From the IMG/VR virus record IMGVR_UViG_3300042559_000579, positions 1 to 53,818 of that record: a stretch of DNA of 53,818 bases, one strand, 5' to 3'. Position numbers and translations under genes: made by a program. This document shows, piece by piece, positions 1 through 10,600 of the stretch (within the stretch, counting starts at the first letter, position 1; each line of letters begins with the position of its first letter). Under the pieces are notes generated by a model. It made no database searches, was not told the origin of the DNA, and saw only the letters and a list, made by a program, of their open reading frames with translations. Source of the stretch: a virus (taxonomy: Duplodnaviria > Caudoviricetes).

Positions 1-63
1 GTAGGCTGGAAGATGTTCCACTCACTCCTGACTTTCTGGCAACTGAAGAACCACCACCAATGA
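1..63 (+). CDS. C-terminal end of the exonuclease that begins at 53137 (VGWKMFHSLLTFWQLKNHHQ*)
   Basis: Open frame 1-60 ends in TGA at 61-63, ATGA-coupled to the next gene; the peptide fits the C-terminal helix expected after EWTQ at the window end. Confidence 0.75.
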   Translation, partial: VGWKMFHSLLTFWQLKNHHQ

Positions 64-266
64 AAACAGTATCCGCATTCGAGACCACCGACGGTCAGCT
101 TTTCAACTCAGAACGCGCGGCGAGGCTGCATCAGACGTTTCTGAATGAGCAGTCGTCCATCGAGGAATTCCTCAACGACAAGGAGTTCCCGTACAAGTCG
201 GTTCCTCAGCGAGCCATCGCACGCAACACCATCACGATGTGGGAACTCTGGAGGGCAAAGAAGTGA
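60..266 (+). CDS. hypothetical phage protein
   Basis: 68-aa ORF; ATGA overlap upstream and GTGA overlap downstream. Confidence 0.75.
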   Translation: MKTVSAFETTDGQLFNSERAARLHQTFLNEQSSIEEFLNDKEFPYKSVPQRAIARNTITMWELWRAKK

Positions 267-478
267 TCGACGAAACCCTGGTCAAGAACGTCTTCTTCTA
301 CGTCAACGACAAGGACCCGAAGGGGGTCTATGCCGACGACGTGAACCTGCTCGACTTCGCTCAGAAGCTCGACGCCGTGCTCAGCATTGAGCACCGGAAG
401 AAGGAGCACGCCCGGTGCGTGGCGATCATCCGCCAGCATGATGTGAAGCTGGCGGATCTTCTGGAGAAGTCAGTCTAG
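263..478 (+). CDS. hypothetical phage protein
   Basis: GTG start overlaps the previous stop; converges on the late operon end. Confidence 0.7.
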   Translation: MIDETLVKNVFFYVNDKDPKGVYADDVNLLDFAQKLDAVLSIEHRKKEHARCVAIIRQHDVKLADLLEKSV

Positions 479-2034
479 GGCCTCGACGCGAACCGCCTGT
501 CGCCCGTGCGGTAGAACGTCACCGGGCGGCTGGCCCTCTCCTCTTCCTCTGGCGTCAGCGGCCGGGTGTCAGCCGGGAACCGCCGGGCGTTCTCAGCCAT
601 GCGCTCGCGGAACGCCTGGGCCAGAGGAGCGCCTACGGCCACCGGCAGAGCGGCCGGGGTGAAGGCGCTCGCCACCGCAGCGGTGCCGCCCAGGCCCCTG
701 AGCGCCGCCTCCAGGTAGTCGGGCTGTTCCCGCTGCATGGCCTGCTTTGCGCCGATGAGCTCACCGGCACCCTGAGCCATGGCCAAGGGAGGCGCGACGT
801 ACCGCATCGCCCGGCCAGCCATGCCGAGCCCGGTGTCCGCCATGCGCTTGAACGTCTGCGTGACCTGCTCCAAGGCTCCGGCCGGAGGCGGGGTCGTGGG
901 AACCGGGGCGCGAGGTGGCAAAGCCTGCAGCCCGCCGGCAGTCGAAACGTAGCTCGCCCGGGGACCGCCTCCAACCCCTTGCTCCGGGGTCATAAGGCCA
1001 CCAAACATGGGATTCTCAACGAACCCGCCGCCCATCTGGGCAACCCGACCTCGGCCCTCCTGGGCCTTGTTGATCAGGTCCCAGACGCCGCCCTCTTGCT
1101 TCGTCATGCCCGTAGCCTGGGCGGCCTCGATCGGCGTCAGCCCGAAAGCCCGGCCGGTGTTGACCACGCCTTGCCCAGGCCCGACCGCCCGCGGGAACGC
1201 CTGCGGCGCCCCAGGCTGCGAAGCAAACGGCGGCGGCCGTGTGCCCCCAGGAGTCAGCGGAGCACCCCCGGGCGGAGCCATGCCGGGAGCGCCCGATCCT
1301 CCGGGAGCCCCAGGAAGGCCCGCAGGAGCCCCGCCAGGGGCCGCTGCCGCTGCCGCCTGAGCCATCCCCTGTCCGAATGCCTTGCCGGCTCCCTGCGCCC
1401 CTTTGGCGCCCAAGTCCACACCAGCACGAGCACCGGCCAATCCAGTCCCGCCGGCCAGACCCACAAGCTGCGCCATGCGGCGCTCTTGAGCGTTTGCCCC
1501 CTCTTCAACCTGCCGCTGGAGAGCCGCAAAGTCGACTCCGCCCGGCTGAGACGCAGACTGAGCCGGAACCTCTGCAGCAGGCTGTGCAGCAGGTTGCTCG
1601 GCCGGAGGATTGAAGGCACCGTAGGCCTTCAGCGACCGGAGATAGGTTTCGGTCTCCTTCGGGAGATCACCGCCACGGTCGAAATCTGCCAGTCGGCCCG
1701 GCCCAGCGTTGTAGTAGATCACCGCCAGCCTGGGGTCACCGGTCTCGTTCAGCGCCTTCTTCAGGTAGCGCAGGCCGGCGTCGATGTTGGTTCCCGGGTC
1801 CTGCAGCTTGGTCGGGTCGACGCCGACTTCACGCGCGGCGATCGGCCGCACCTGCATGATGCCCATGGCCCCGGCTGGAGAACTGGCGCTGCGCGGGTTC
1901 AGCCGGCTCTCTTGATAGGCGACAGCCACCGCCAACTCTGGCGGGATGCCCATCTCTCGGGCCTTTGACCTGATGACCTCGGCGTACTGCCGCTGCTCAT
2001 CGGTCAACTCGGACATGAACGACAGATTGGCCAT
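475..2034 (-). CDS. virion-associated lytic transglycosylase (SLT domain) / ejection protein
   Basis: N-terminal SLT motifs AVAYQESRLNP, GAMGIMQV, NIDAGLRYL, YNAGPG, ETETY; Ala/Gly/Pro-rich tail; last gene of the virion block. Confidence 0.85.
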   Translation of the reverse strand: MANLSFMSELTDEQRQYAEVIRSKAREMGIPPELAVAVAYQESRLNPRSASSPAGAMGIMQVRPIAAREVGVDPTKLQDPGTNIDAGLRYLKKALNETGDPRLAVIYYNAGPGRLADFDRGGDLPKETETYLRSLKAYGAFNPPAEQPAAQPAAEVPAQSASQPGGVDFAALQRQVEEGANAQERRMAQLVGLAGGTGLAGARAGVDLGAKGAQGAGKAFGQGMAQAAAAAAPGGAPAGLPGAPGGSGAPGMAPPGGAPLTPGGTRPPPFASQPGAPQAFPRAVGPGQGVVNTGRAFGLTPIEAAQATGMTKQEGGVWDLINKAQEGRGRVAQMGGGFVENPMFGGLMTPEQGVGGGPRASYVSTAGGLQALPPRAPVPTTPPPAGALEQVTQTFKRMADTGLGMAGRAMRYVAPPLAMAQGAGELIGAKQAMQREQPDYLEAALRGLGGTAAVASAFTPAALPVAVGAPLAQAFRERMAENARRFPADTRPLTPEEEERASRPVTFYRTGDRRFASRP

Positions 2035-2036
2035 GA

Positions 2037-3677
2037 TTACCTCCCGAGACCCATACTGTCAAGTCTGACTGCCGCACCCGGGAACAGCGTCGCTGCTCCA
2101 GAACCCTGCGGCGCCGTCGGGCCTGGAGGCCGAGGAATAGCGGCGGGCGTTCCCGTTGGAGGACGAGTTGGCGCTGTCTGCGCAGGACCAGCGCCTGCCG
2201 GCCGAGGAACGGCAGCCTGACCTCCGAACTGGCGCGCCAAGTCGTCGTTGTACTTCTTGGTCATCTCTCGGTACTCAGGAGACCGCTCAAACTGCAGATA
2301 CGTCAACTTGGGGTTGGCGTCCTTCATGGCATAGAACTTGTCAGCCACGTTCATGTCATGCTGAGACCGGGCGGCCAGCAGTTGCGACTTCTTGATCAAC
2401 ACATCGGCGCTGTTGCTGATACTGCCGCCGAGTTGTCGAACAATTGCCCGCTCGCCTTCAGTGATCGCGCCCTGCTTGGCCATATAAAGTTGCGTGTACG
2501 CAAGCTCAATTTCAGCCAACTCGCTTGCAATCAGCGAAACTCTGTCAAGGTCTTCCTTCTTCACGCCCGGCAGGACTTGACGAAGAGCGCCCTCAATGTC
2601 TCCGAGTCCGACGGACGTGTTGCCGACTCGAATTGAGTCCTTGAGAAGAGTGCCAATGGCACTCATCACGTTGGCATTCTGCAAGATGCCAAGAGCCTGC
2701 GGGCTCTGCTTGGCGAGGTCAATGATGCGAGTGGCGCTGCCAAAAGCCCGTTGCGCGGCCTGATTGCGCTGCTCAAGAAGAGCCTCCTTCTCCGCCGCCT
2801 TCTTGGCCATCTCCGCGGCGTAGGTCTTGGCCTCTTCCTGCTGAATCTCCGACTCTTGTTTCGACTTCGGAGGCTCGCCCGTCGGGCCGGCGAGGAACTC
2901 CCTCACCATCTTGTTGTAGCCCTCACGGTCGCCAGACAGAAGAGCGGCGTCCAGCCGGAAAGCAACACCGGCCGGCATGGTGTACGTCGACTGACCGACC
3001 TTCCTCTCAACCTCAGAGACGTTGGGGTTGGGATAGAACATCCCCGTGGCCCGGTTCAGCGTGCCAACGTCTCGGACCTCTTCGTTTTGCTTGCGCAGGT
3101 CTTCCCACGCCTTCATCGCGTCCGTGAGCGGCTTTCCGTCCAGCATCTGCCTGCGCAGGAACTGCTCCCGCGTCGGGAACTTGGGGTCTCCCGGCGAGAC
3201 ACGAATCCCCTGCGGTGCAGCGGCGCCAGCAGCGGGCTGGCCGCCAGCCGGGACAGCGCCCGGGGCACCGGTAGGAGCAGCGCCTGCCGGGCCGCCCGGC
3301 GTAGGCATGGCCGCAGCCTCGGCGGGGCCACCGATCTCCTGCATGAAGGCCCGCTCCCGCGCCCTCTGCCGCTCCAACTCCAGCCCCTTGCCGGCCAGCC
3401 CCAGGCGGGCCTCTGCGAGCTTCTGGTCCTGCTCCGCCTGACGCTCCTGGGCTTGACGCAAGCTGCCCGCGGCGTAGCCCAGGCTCTCGCCGAAGGAACC
3501 AGTCTTCGTCGGTGTCAGGAACCCCTCGGCAAGCGCGAGAAGCTGAGGGTCGAACATGCGGTTCTTGCGCGAGTCAAGAGCCGCAAGCATCTTCTCCAGC
3601 GCGTCTTGGTACTCGGCGTTGGCCTTGGCCGTTCCAGGGTCTTCCCCGGAGAGGTAAGAGACAGATTGAGTCGCCAT
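2037..3677 (-). CDS. putative internal virion / DNA ejection protein
   Basis: 546-aa helical protein with Pro/Ala linkers in the position podoviral ejection proteins occupy. Confidence 0.6.
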   Translation of the reverse strand: MATQSVSYLSGEDPGTAKANAEYQDALEKMLAALDSRKNRMFDPQLLALAEGFLTPTKTGSFGESLGYAAGSLRQAQERQAEQDQKLAEARLGLAGKGLELERQRARERAFMQEIGGPAEAAAMPTPGGPAGAAPTGAPGAVPAGGQPAAGAAAPQGIRVSPGDPKFPTREQFLRRQMLDGKPLTDAMKAWEDLRKQNEEVRDVGTLNRATGMFYPNPNVSEVERKVGQSTYTMPAGVAFRLDAALLSGDREGYNKMVREFLAGPTGEPPKSKQESEIQQEEAKTYAAEMAKKAAEKEALLEQRNQAAQRAFGSATRIIDLAKQSPQALGILQNANVMSAIGTLLKDSIRVGNTSVGLGDIEGALRQVLPGVKKEDLDRVSLIASELAEIELAYTQLYMAKQGAITEGERAIVRQLGGSISNSADVLIKKSQLLAARSQHDMNVADKFYAMKDANPKLTYLQFERSPEYREMTKKYNDDLARQFGGQAAVPRPAGAGPAQTAPTRPPTGTPAAIPRPPGPTAPQGSGAATLFPGAAVRLDSMGLGR

Positions 3678-3680
3678 GGT

Positions 3681-4694
3681 TTAGAGGCCCCCACCGTAAT
3701 CGGACGTGTCAATCTGGCGATACGGTATGTCTTCCGCCCTAGAAGAGTCGCTATATGCGTTTGAAATTGTGTCTGATGAGGATGAGCCGCCGCTCAAAAT
3801 TCCGGACCAGTCAATTCCCCTGATCAAGTCGGTCGCGCCGCCGATCAAATTGGCGCCCGGAGAGCCTTCCTTCATCGCGCCAAGAATTGACAAAATGCCC
3901 AAGACATTGGAGAGATCAGACTGCGAATAGGCGCCAGCGAGCGGGCCGACGCGCTTCTCAGACTGAGTCATCGGCATCTGCAAGCCACGCATCAGGCCCG
4001 AGGCGGCCGTGGCCATCTTCATCGGGTAGTCGAGCTTCGCCTGCTCGTACGCCTGCTTCTCAGCACCGGCCTTCGTCAGCGCACCCGCCTCCGTCAGGCC
4101 CATCGCCTGCGCCTTCTCGGCCATGCCAAGCTGCGTCTTTGCCGCTTCGTTCTGCAGCGACATCTCGTCCATGGCGGCCTTCAGCGCCTCGCTGTAGCCC
4201 TTGCTGAGCGCTCCGTACTGCTGACCCGTCAGATTGGCCTGGACGTCCGCCAGAGACTGCCCCAGGGCCCCGGCGTACCGCTGGCTGCCCAGGTTCCCAG
4301 AACCCACGAAGCCAGCCTTCAGCGACGGGAGGACGTTGCGCTGGATGTTCTGCTGCGACAGCCGCGCCATCTCGTCGACGACGTTCGTCCGGTACGGATC
4401 CATCAGCGCAGAGATCCGCGCCGCGTCAAGACCCGCAGCCGGCTTGGACACCGACGTCTCGGCGTCTTTCAGGTAGTCTTCGTACGCTGAGGCACCAGAC
4501 GCCACCATCCCGTACCCCTGCGTCTGCATAGGGTCGTAGCCGGCGATCCCAGTCGCCGCAGTGCTTTCCGCCGCCGTCTTGCCGGCGTTGGCAAGGCTCT
4601 TCAGGTAGTTGGTGTAGTAGTCTGGTGCCGTGTCCGCCTTCGTCGTGGTGACGGTGACGTCAGGCAACGGGCTGCCCTGTGTGATACCCATCAT
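3681..4694 (-). CDS. putative DNA transfer / ejection (pilot-like) protein
   Basis: Ala/Gln/Gly-rich; MDPYRTNVV and GNLGSQRY-type segments typical of podoviral pilot proteins; synteny. Confidence 0.6.
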   Translation of the reverse strand: MMGITQGSPLPDVTVTTTKADTAPDYYTNYLKSLANAGKTAAESTAATGIAGYDPMQTQGYGMVASGASAYEDYLKDAETSVSKPAAGLDAARISALMDPYRTNVVDEMARLSQQNIQRNVLPSLKAGFVGSGNLGSQRYAGALGQSLADVQANLTGQQYGALSKGYSEALKAAMDEMSLQNEAAKTQLGMAEKAQAMGLTEAGALTKAGAEKQAYEQAKLDYPMKMATAASGLMRGLQMPMTQSEKRVGPLAGAYSQSDLSNVLGILSILGAMKEGSPGANLIGGATDLIRGIDWSGILSGGSSSSDTISNAYSDSSRAEDIPYRQIDTSDYGGGL

Positions 4695-7600
4695 GCGCTC
4701 CTGCCCTTGCGGGACTTGATGTACTCCAGCGGCGCCTTTGCGGGCGGCGGCAAATCCTTGGGGCCCGCAGACCGATGATGCCGCCTGATGTTGTGCATCA
4801 TCTCGTACAGTTTATCGGACCCCGCCTTCGTTGACCCGTTGCCTAGCGCCGCCACAACGTCCGCCGGGATCACAAATTCGCCATCAGCCAACATCGCCGG
4901 GATGTCGTCAGACTGCCCATCGCCGATGCCCGTGACCGCATCACCCTGGCGATAGTCGACGCGGTGCTTGCCGGAGTGCTCCAGCACGTTCAGCGCCCCG
5001 TGGGCGTTGTGGCCGTACCGCGTCCCACCCTGCGCCATGAATGGAACCATGCCGCCGGCTCGGAAGCCGAACAGACCGGTGTACTCCTGCTCGGGCTGGT
5101 ACAGGTCAAGCGGGTTGGGAGAAACCGCAGTCCCCCCGAAATACTGATCTCCTGTCATCGGCTCATCCTCTCTGAGTTCGGTGGATTGCTGCTGCGGCTT
5201 GTCCGGCAGGAAGTCCCCAGTTGTGGCCTCCTTCAAGAAGCCAGACAGCGCCCCCTCGAACTTCTCCGGGGCTTTGCCTCCGACGATGAACGGAGATAAG
5301 AAGGTCGCCTTGTACGGATCGCTGACGCCGCTTCCAGCCCCCTGAGAGGCATACGATGACGCCAGCGTCATGAGTTGCTGACGGCGGCTCTGATCAGCCT
5401 GAGCCTCCGCCGCAGCCGCATCACGCTGCGCCTGGGCCGCCGCTGCAGCCGCATCGCGTTGCGCCTGAGCCTCTGCCGCGGCCGCATCACGCTGCGCCTG
5501 GGCCGCCGCCGCTGCGTTGGCACGTTCGGCAGCCGCTTCCTGTGCCGCCTCAAGCCTCAGCAGGTACTCAAGCGTCGCCATGTCAGACGACGCCTGCCTC
5601 TCGTAGTTCTGACGCGTGATCTCTTCTATCTGAGACTGAATGTCAAGACCAAGCCCGCTGATAGACGACTGAGTCTGCTCAGCCAGACTGGAAACCGAGC
5701 CTGACACCTCCGCAATCGCCAGATTCGTCGCCTCTTGCCAGTCCAGGCCCTGCTGCATCAGATCGTTGATTCGGTCGCCCAGGCGCGTCTCCACCGAACC
5801 AATCGCCGTTTGCGTCCGCTCGGACTCCTGCTGCTGCTGCTCAGCCAGCGTCCCAAGGCTGCCCGTGACTTCCTTCAGCGCTTGGTTGGTCGCCGTCTGG
5901 AAGTCGACACCTTGATCGACGAGATCCTCAATCCTGCTGTTGAGGCGCTCTTCCACGCCGCCGATCTGGCCGGTCAGGCTCGACTGCACCTCGCCAAGCT
6001 GGCCCGCAAACTGACTCCTCAGACCTTGCTCCGTGGCGCCAAGCTGGGAGAGCAATTGGTCAGTGGTGGTGCCCAGCCTGTTGGCCAGCGTATCAAGCCC
6101 AGCCTGCAGTGCAGCGTCCCCTTGGAGACCGGCGCGGCGGGCGCTGTCAATCGAGGCCTGAAGGTCCTGGCTCAACTGACCAACCTGCGTCTGCACCTCT
6201 CCAATCTGCGCACCAAACTGGGACCGAAGCGCCGACTCGGTAGTCCCAAGCTGGGACAGCAACTGATCGGTCGTCGTGCCGAGCCTGTTGGCCAGAGTGT
6301 CCAGCCCAGCTTGGAGCGCCGCGTCTCCCTGCAACCCGGCGGCCCGGGCAGACTCAATCGCACTGCTCAGATCAGATCCAAGCTGCGTGACCTGGGACTG
6401 CACGCCGCCCAGTTGCGATGCGAAGTCCGAGCGCAGCGCCTGCTCTGTCGTGCCAAGCTGACTCAAAAGCTCAGACCGAGTCGTGCCAAGGCTGCCGGCC
6501 AGCGTGTCAAGCCCAGCCTGCAGCGCGGCATCGCCCTGCAACCCGCTGCGGCGAGCGCTGTCAATCGCATCCTGGAGGTCTTGACCCAGTTGCCCGACTT
6601 GCGTCCGCACCTCGCCAATCTGAGACCCGAACTGAGAGCGCAGCGCCGCCTCGGTTGTCCCAAGCTGGGACAACAGGTTGGCCTGAGTTGTCCCCAGATC
6701 GGCCGCCAGACTGTCCAGCCCGGCCCGCAGCGCCTCATCGCCCTGCAAGCCAACCGAGTACGCGGCGTTGATCTTGTCCAACAGCAGGGTCTGGACGTTG
6801 CTGATCTGAGAACTCACACCCCCCAGTTGAGAAGCGAAGTCTGACCGGAGAGACTGCTCGGTCGCGCCCAAGGTGGCCAGCAGATCATCTCGCGTTGTGC
6901 CCAACCTGCCGGCCAGGGACTCCAGACCGACCTGCAGCGCCTCGTCACCCTGCAGGCCGGCGCTGCGGGCGTCTGCAATCGCAGACTGCAGGCTCTGCCC
7001 CAACTCGGTCATCTGAGTCTGCACGCCGCCGATCTGCGACGCAAACTCCGACCGCAGAGCCGACTCGGTCACGCCCAGGCTGTCCATCAAGCCCTTACGC
7101 GTCGTGCCCAGTTCGCCCGCCAAGGCCTCTAGGCTTGCGTTCAGGGCGGCGTCGCCCTTCAGGCCACTGGCCTGCGCGTCAGCGATCAGTTGCGTCAGGT
7201 CAGCCCTGACGGCCTCTAAGCCGCGGCCGAGCCCCGACACGTCCTCGCTGGTGGCGTACCCCGCCAACGCGCCGCGAACAGTCGACTCAACGTCCTGCGG
7301 GGTGGCGAAGGCCGGCAGCCGGCTCAACTGCTCACCCACCAGAGACGTCACCTCGGCGGCCGATAGGCCGGGGTTCTGCCGCATGTAGTCGGTGATGACG
7401 TCCGTGACATCAGCGCGGCTGATGCCCGCCGGGAACTGAATCCCAGCAATCGCCTCCTGCACGTCACTGCGCGTCGCAACGTCCGCCATCGCTCCGCGGA
7501 TTGAGGCGTTCACATCGTCCGGCGTGGCGTATGCCGGAAGTCGGCTCAACTGTTGGCCAACCAGAGACGTCACCTCGTCCGCAGACAGGCCCGGGTTGTC

Positions 7601-10600
7601 GCGCATGTATTGCGTGATGGCGTCGGTCACATCTGCGCGGCTGATCCCTGTGGGGAACTGAATCCCCTGAATCGCCTTCTCAACGTCCGCTCGGGTGGCC
7701 ACGTTGGTCATGGCCCCTTGGATGGCCGACTCAACGTCCGCAGGCGTCGCGTAGGCCGGAAGCGTCTTCAGTTGGTCAGCAACCTGAGCAGCAACGTCCT
7801 GGGCCGATAGGCCAGGGTTCTGCTGCATGTAGGTTGAGATGGCCTGGGTGACGTCCTCCTGCGTGATGCCCTCTGGGAACTGGATGCCCTCAATGGCCCG
7901 GCGCACGTCTGCGGTGGTCGCTACGCCCTCCATGACGCCGCGGATCGCGTTGTCAACGTCAGCCGGCGTCGCGTACGCAGGGAGCGTCTTCAGTTGCGCC
8001 GCGACCTGCGTAGAGACGTCTTGAGCGGACAGCCCCGGGTTCTGCCGCATGTAGTCGGAGACGGCCCGGGTGACATCAGCCTCGGTGATGCCAGCAGGGA
8101 ACTGGATCCCCTCAATCGCTCGACGGACGTCCTCCGACGTGGCCACGCCACGCATTGCGCCTTGGATGGCGCTGTTGACATCGTCCGGGGTCGCGTACGC
8201 CGGGAGCCGACTGAGTTGCCCGGCGACCTCAGACGCGACGTCTTGAGCAGACAACCCGGGGTTCTGCTGCATGTACTGCGAGATCGCCCGGGTGACATCG
8301 CTCTGACTGATACCGGCCGGGAACTGGATGTTCCTGATCGCCGCCTCGACATCAGACCTCGTGGCCACGTTCGCCATCGCGCCGCTGATCGCAGCATTGA
8401 CGTCCGCAGGCGTGGCGTATGCAGGCAACCGGCTGAGTTGCCCGGCAACCTCCCCGGCAACGTCTTGCGCAGACAAGCCCGGGTTCTGCCGCATGTAGTC
8501 AGAAATCGCCCGAGTGACGTCCGCCTCGCTGATCCCAGCCGGGAACTGAATGTCCCGAATCGCGGCCTGAACGTCAGACTTCGTGGCAACGTTCGACATG
8601 GCGCCATTGATGGCGGCATTCACATCGGCCGGAGTCGCATACGCCGGCAGCTTGCTGAGTTGCCCCGAGACCTCAGAAGCGATATCGGCGGCAGACAGGC
8701 CAGGGTTCTGGCGCATGTAGTCAGAGATCGCGCGAGTGACGTCAGCTTCACTGATGCCGGCCGGGAACTGGATATCTCGGATCGCAGCTTGAACGTCAGC
8801 CCTTGTGGCGACGTTCGACATCGCACTGCTGATCGCCGTGTTGACATCCGCCGGGGTGGCGTAAGCAGGCAACTTGGCCAACTGACCGGACACCTGAGCA
8901 GCAACGTCCTGGGCAGACAGGCCCGGGTTCTGTTGCATGTACTGCGAGATCGCAGAGGTGACGTCCTGCTGAGTGATGCCCGGCGGGAACTGGATGCCGG
9001 CGATGGCGTCTCGGACGTCCTGCTGCGTCGCCACGTTCGTCATGGCCCGGCCAATGGCGGCGTCGATGTCTTGCCGAGTAGGCGCTTGCGGCAGACGGGC
9101 AATTGCGTCATTGACCGCCGTAGTGACGTCTTGCTGAGTCAGGCCAGGAGGAATGGAGTTGATGGCGCTATCAACAATACTCTGAACCTGTTGCGTCGTT
9201 ACCCCAGGATTGTTCCTCAAAGCGTCAGCAACAATCTGCTGAACCTGATCAGAGGTTATTTGATTTGTGGGTTGAACTGTCGTGGCGTCAGAACTCAACG
9301 CCCGAAAACGATCTCGCCACGATTGCGCAGTTGACTGGACGCTGGAGCCTGATCCGACGCCAGACTCAGCGGTGCCAGTAGAGCCCGTGGCTGCTGAGGC
9401 CGAACCAGCCTGCGCCCCATCAACACGAGCCGGGTCAGTAACCGCTTGGCGAAGCTCTTCTTGCCGATCCTGCGCAATCTTGGCCAACTCTTGATCGATC
9501 TGATCAAACACAGACTGGCCAGAATCGACCGTCGTGTTGACGTCAGTAGAAGGCAGAGTCACCGGCGAATTGACCTGATAGAGCTCCTCCTCCATCAGGT
9601 CCCGCTCTGCCTGCCTCAACAATTCGTCGGACTGCTCTTGCGTGAGGCCATCAGTAGCCGGAACATCTTCATCCACCTCTGGAACCATGTACCGGTTGTC
9701 GCCTCCACCAGACCCATTACCGCCTTCGAACAGGCCTTGAACGTAGGGATTTGATAGAAAATCCTTGACACCCGCGGAAGTAGAGTAGATATTTCCTGAT
9801 TTCGACCCGAATACGGTGTCAACAGAACCGAGCACCGAGCCATCAGATGTGAACCGATGCGTGATCCCACGGTCGGGATCCTCCACCTCCAACACGCCGC
9901 CAGGGCCGACCTCAAAACCCTTCACTCCGTTGGCGGCCTGATTGCGGATGTAGTCGGCAACCTGCGTCTTCTGCTCTGCCCTGTTGGGCGCCGAGAAGTC
10001 CATCGCGTCCATCGGCCCGGCCAAGAGTGTGCCGCCGCCGCTCGGCGTGCCAAGGATGTCTTCAAGCTCCGCCACCACGTCCGTCGTGCGCGACGGGTCG
10101 TCATACGACGCGCCAATCGACGACCCCGTCTGACTCGTGCCAGACGTCCTTCCAAGGCTGGTCGCTGCATTGATCAGGGCAGATGGAGTCACCGTCCCAG
10201 TCGTAGCCAGTTGCAGAGCGCCCTGCAAAAGCGCAGGAGGCACGCCAGTGGCCCCAGGCAAGGAAGACGTCAGGCTGCCGAGTGCGGCGGCCCCAGGGTC
10301 GCCTTGGCCGCTGATGGCGGACATGGTCGCGCTTGTGATTGCCCTTTCGGCCACCTTCTCCAAGGCACCCAAGGAGCCAGGAACAGCCGCATTGACAGCA
10401 GGAGCAACCGCGTTGCCCACAAGGCCGGTGATGCCGGCGCGGATCACGTCCTCCGCGTCACCGCCGCCGAGCGCAGACAGGCCAGACTGGATGGCGGCCT
10501 GCCCGACAGCAGACGTCACCGCAGCCGCAGAGACCGAGAGGCCAGTGCTGGCCAAAGCGGTATTGATGGCAGTGCTGGCCGCAGCGGCAGCAGAAGCCGG

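Noticed and set aside
5990-9040. Regular repeats as a CRISPR array or DGR template
   Set aside because: Units are 207/222-bp in-frame coding repeats without unique spacers; no cas or reverse transcriptase gene seen
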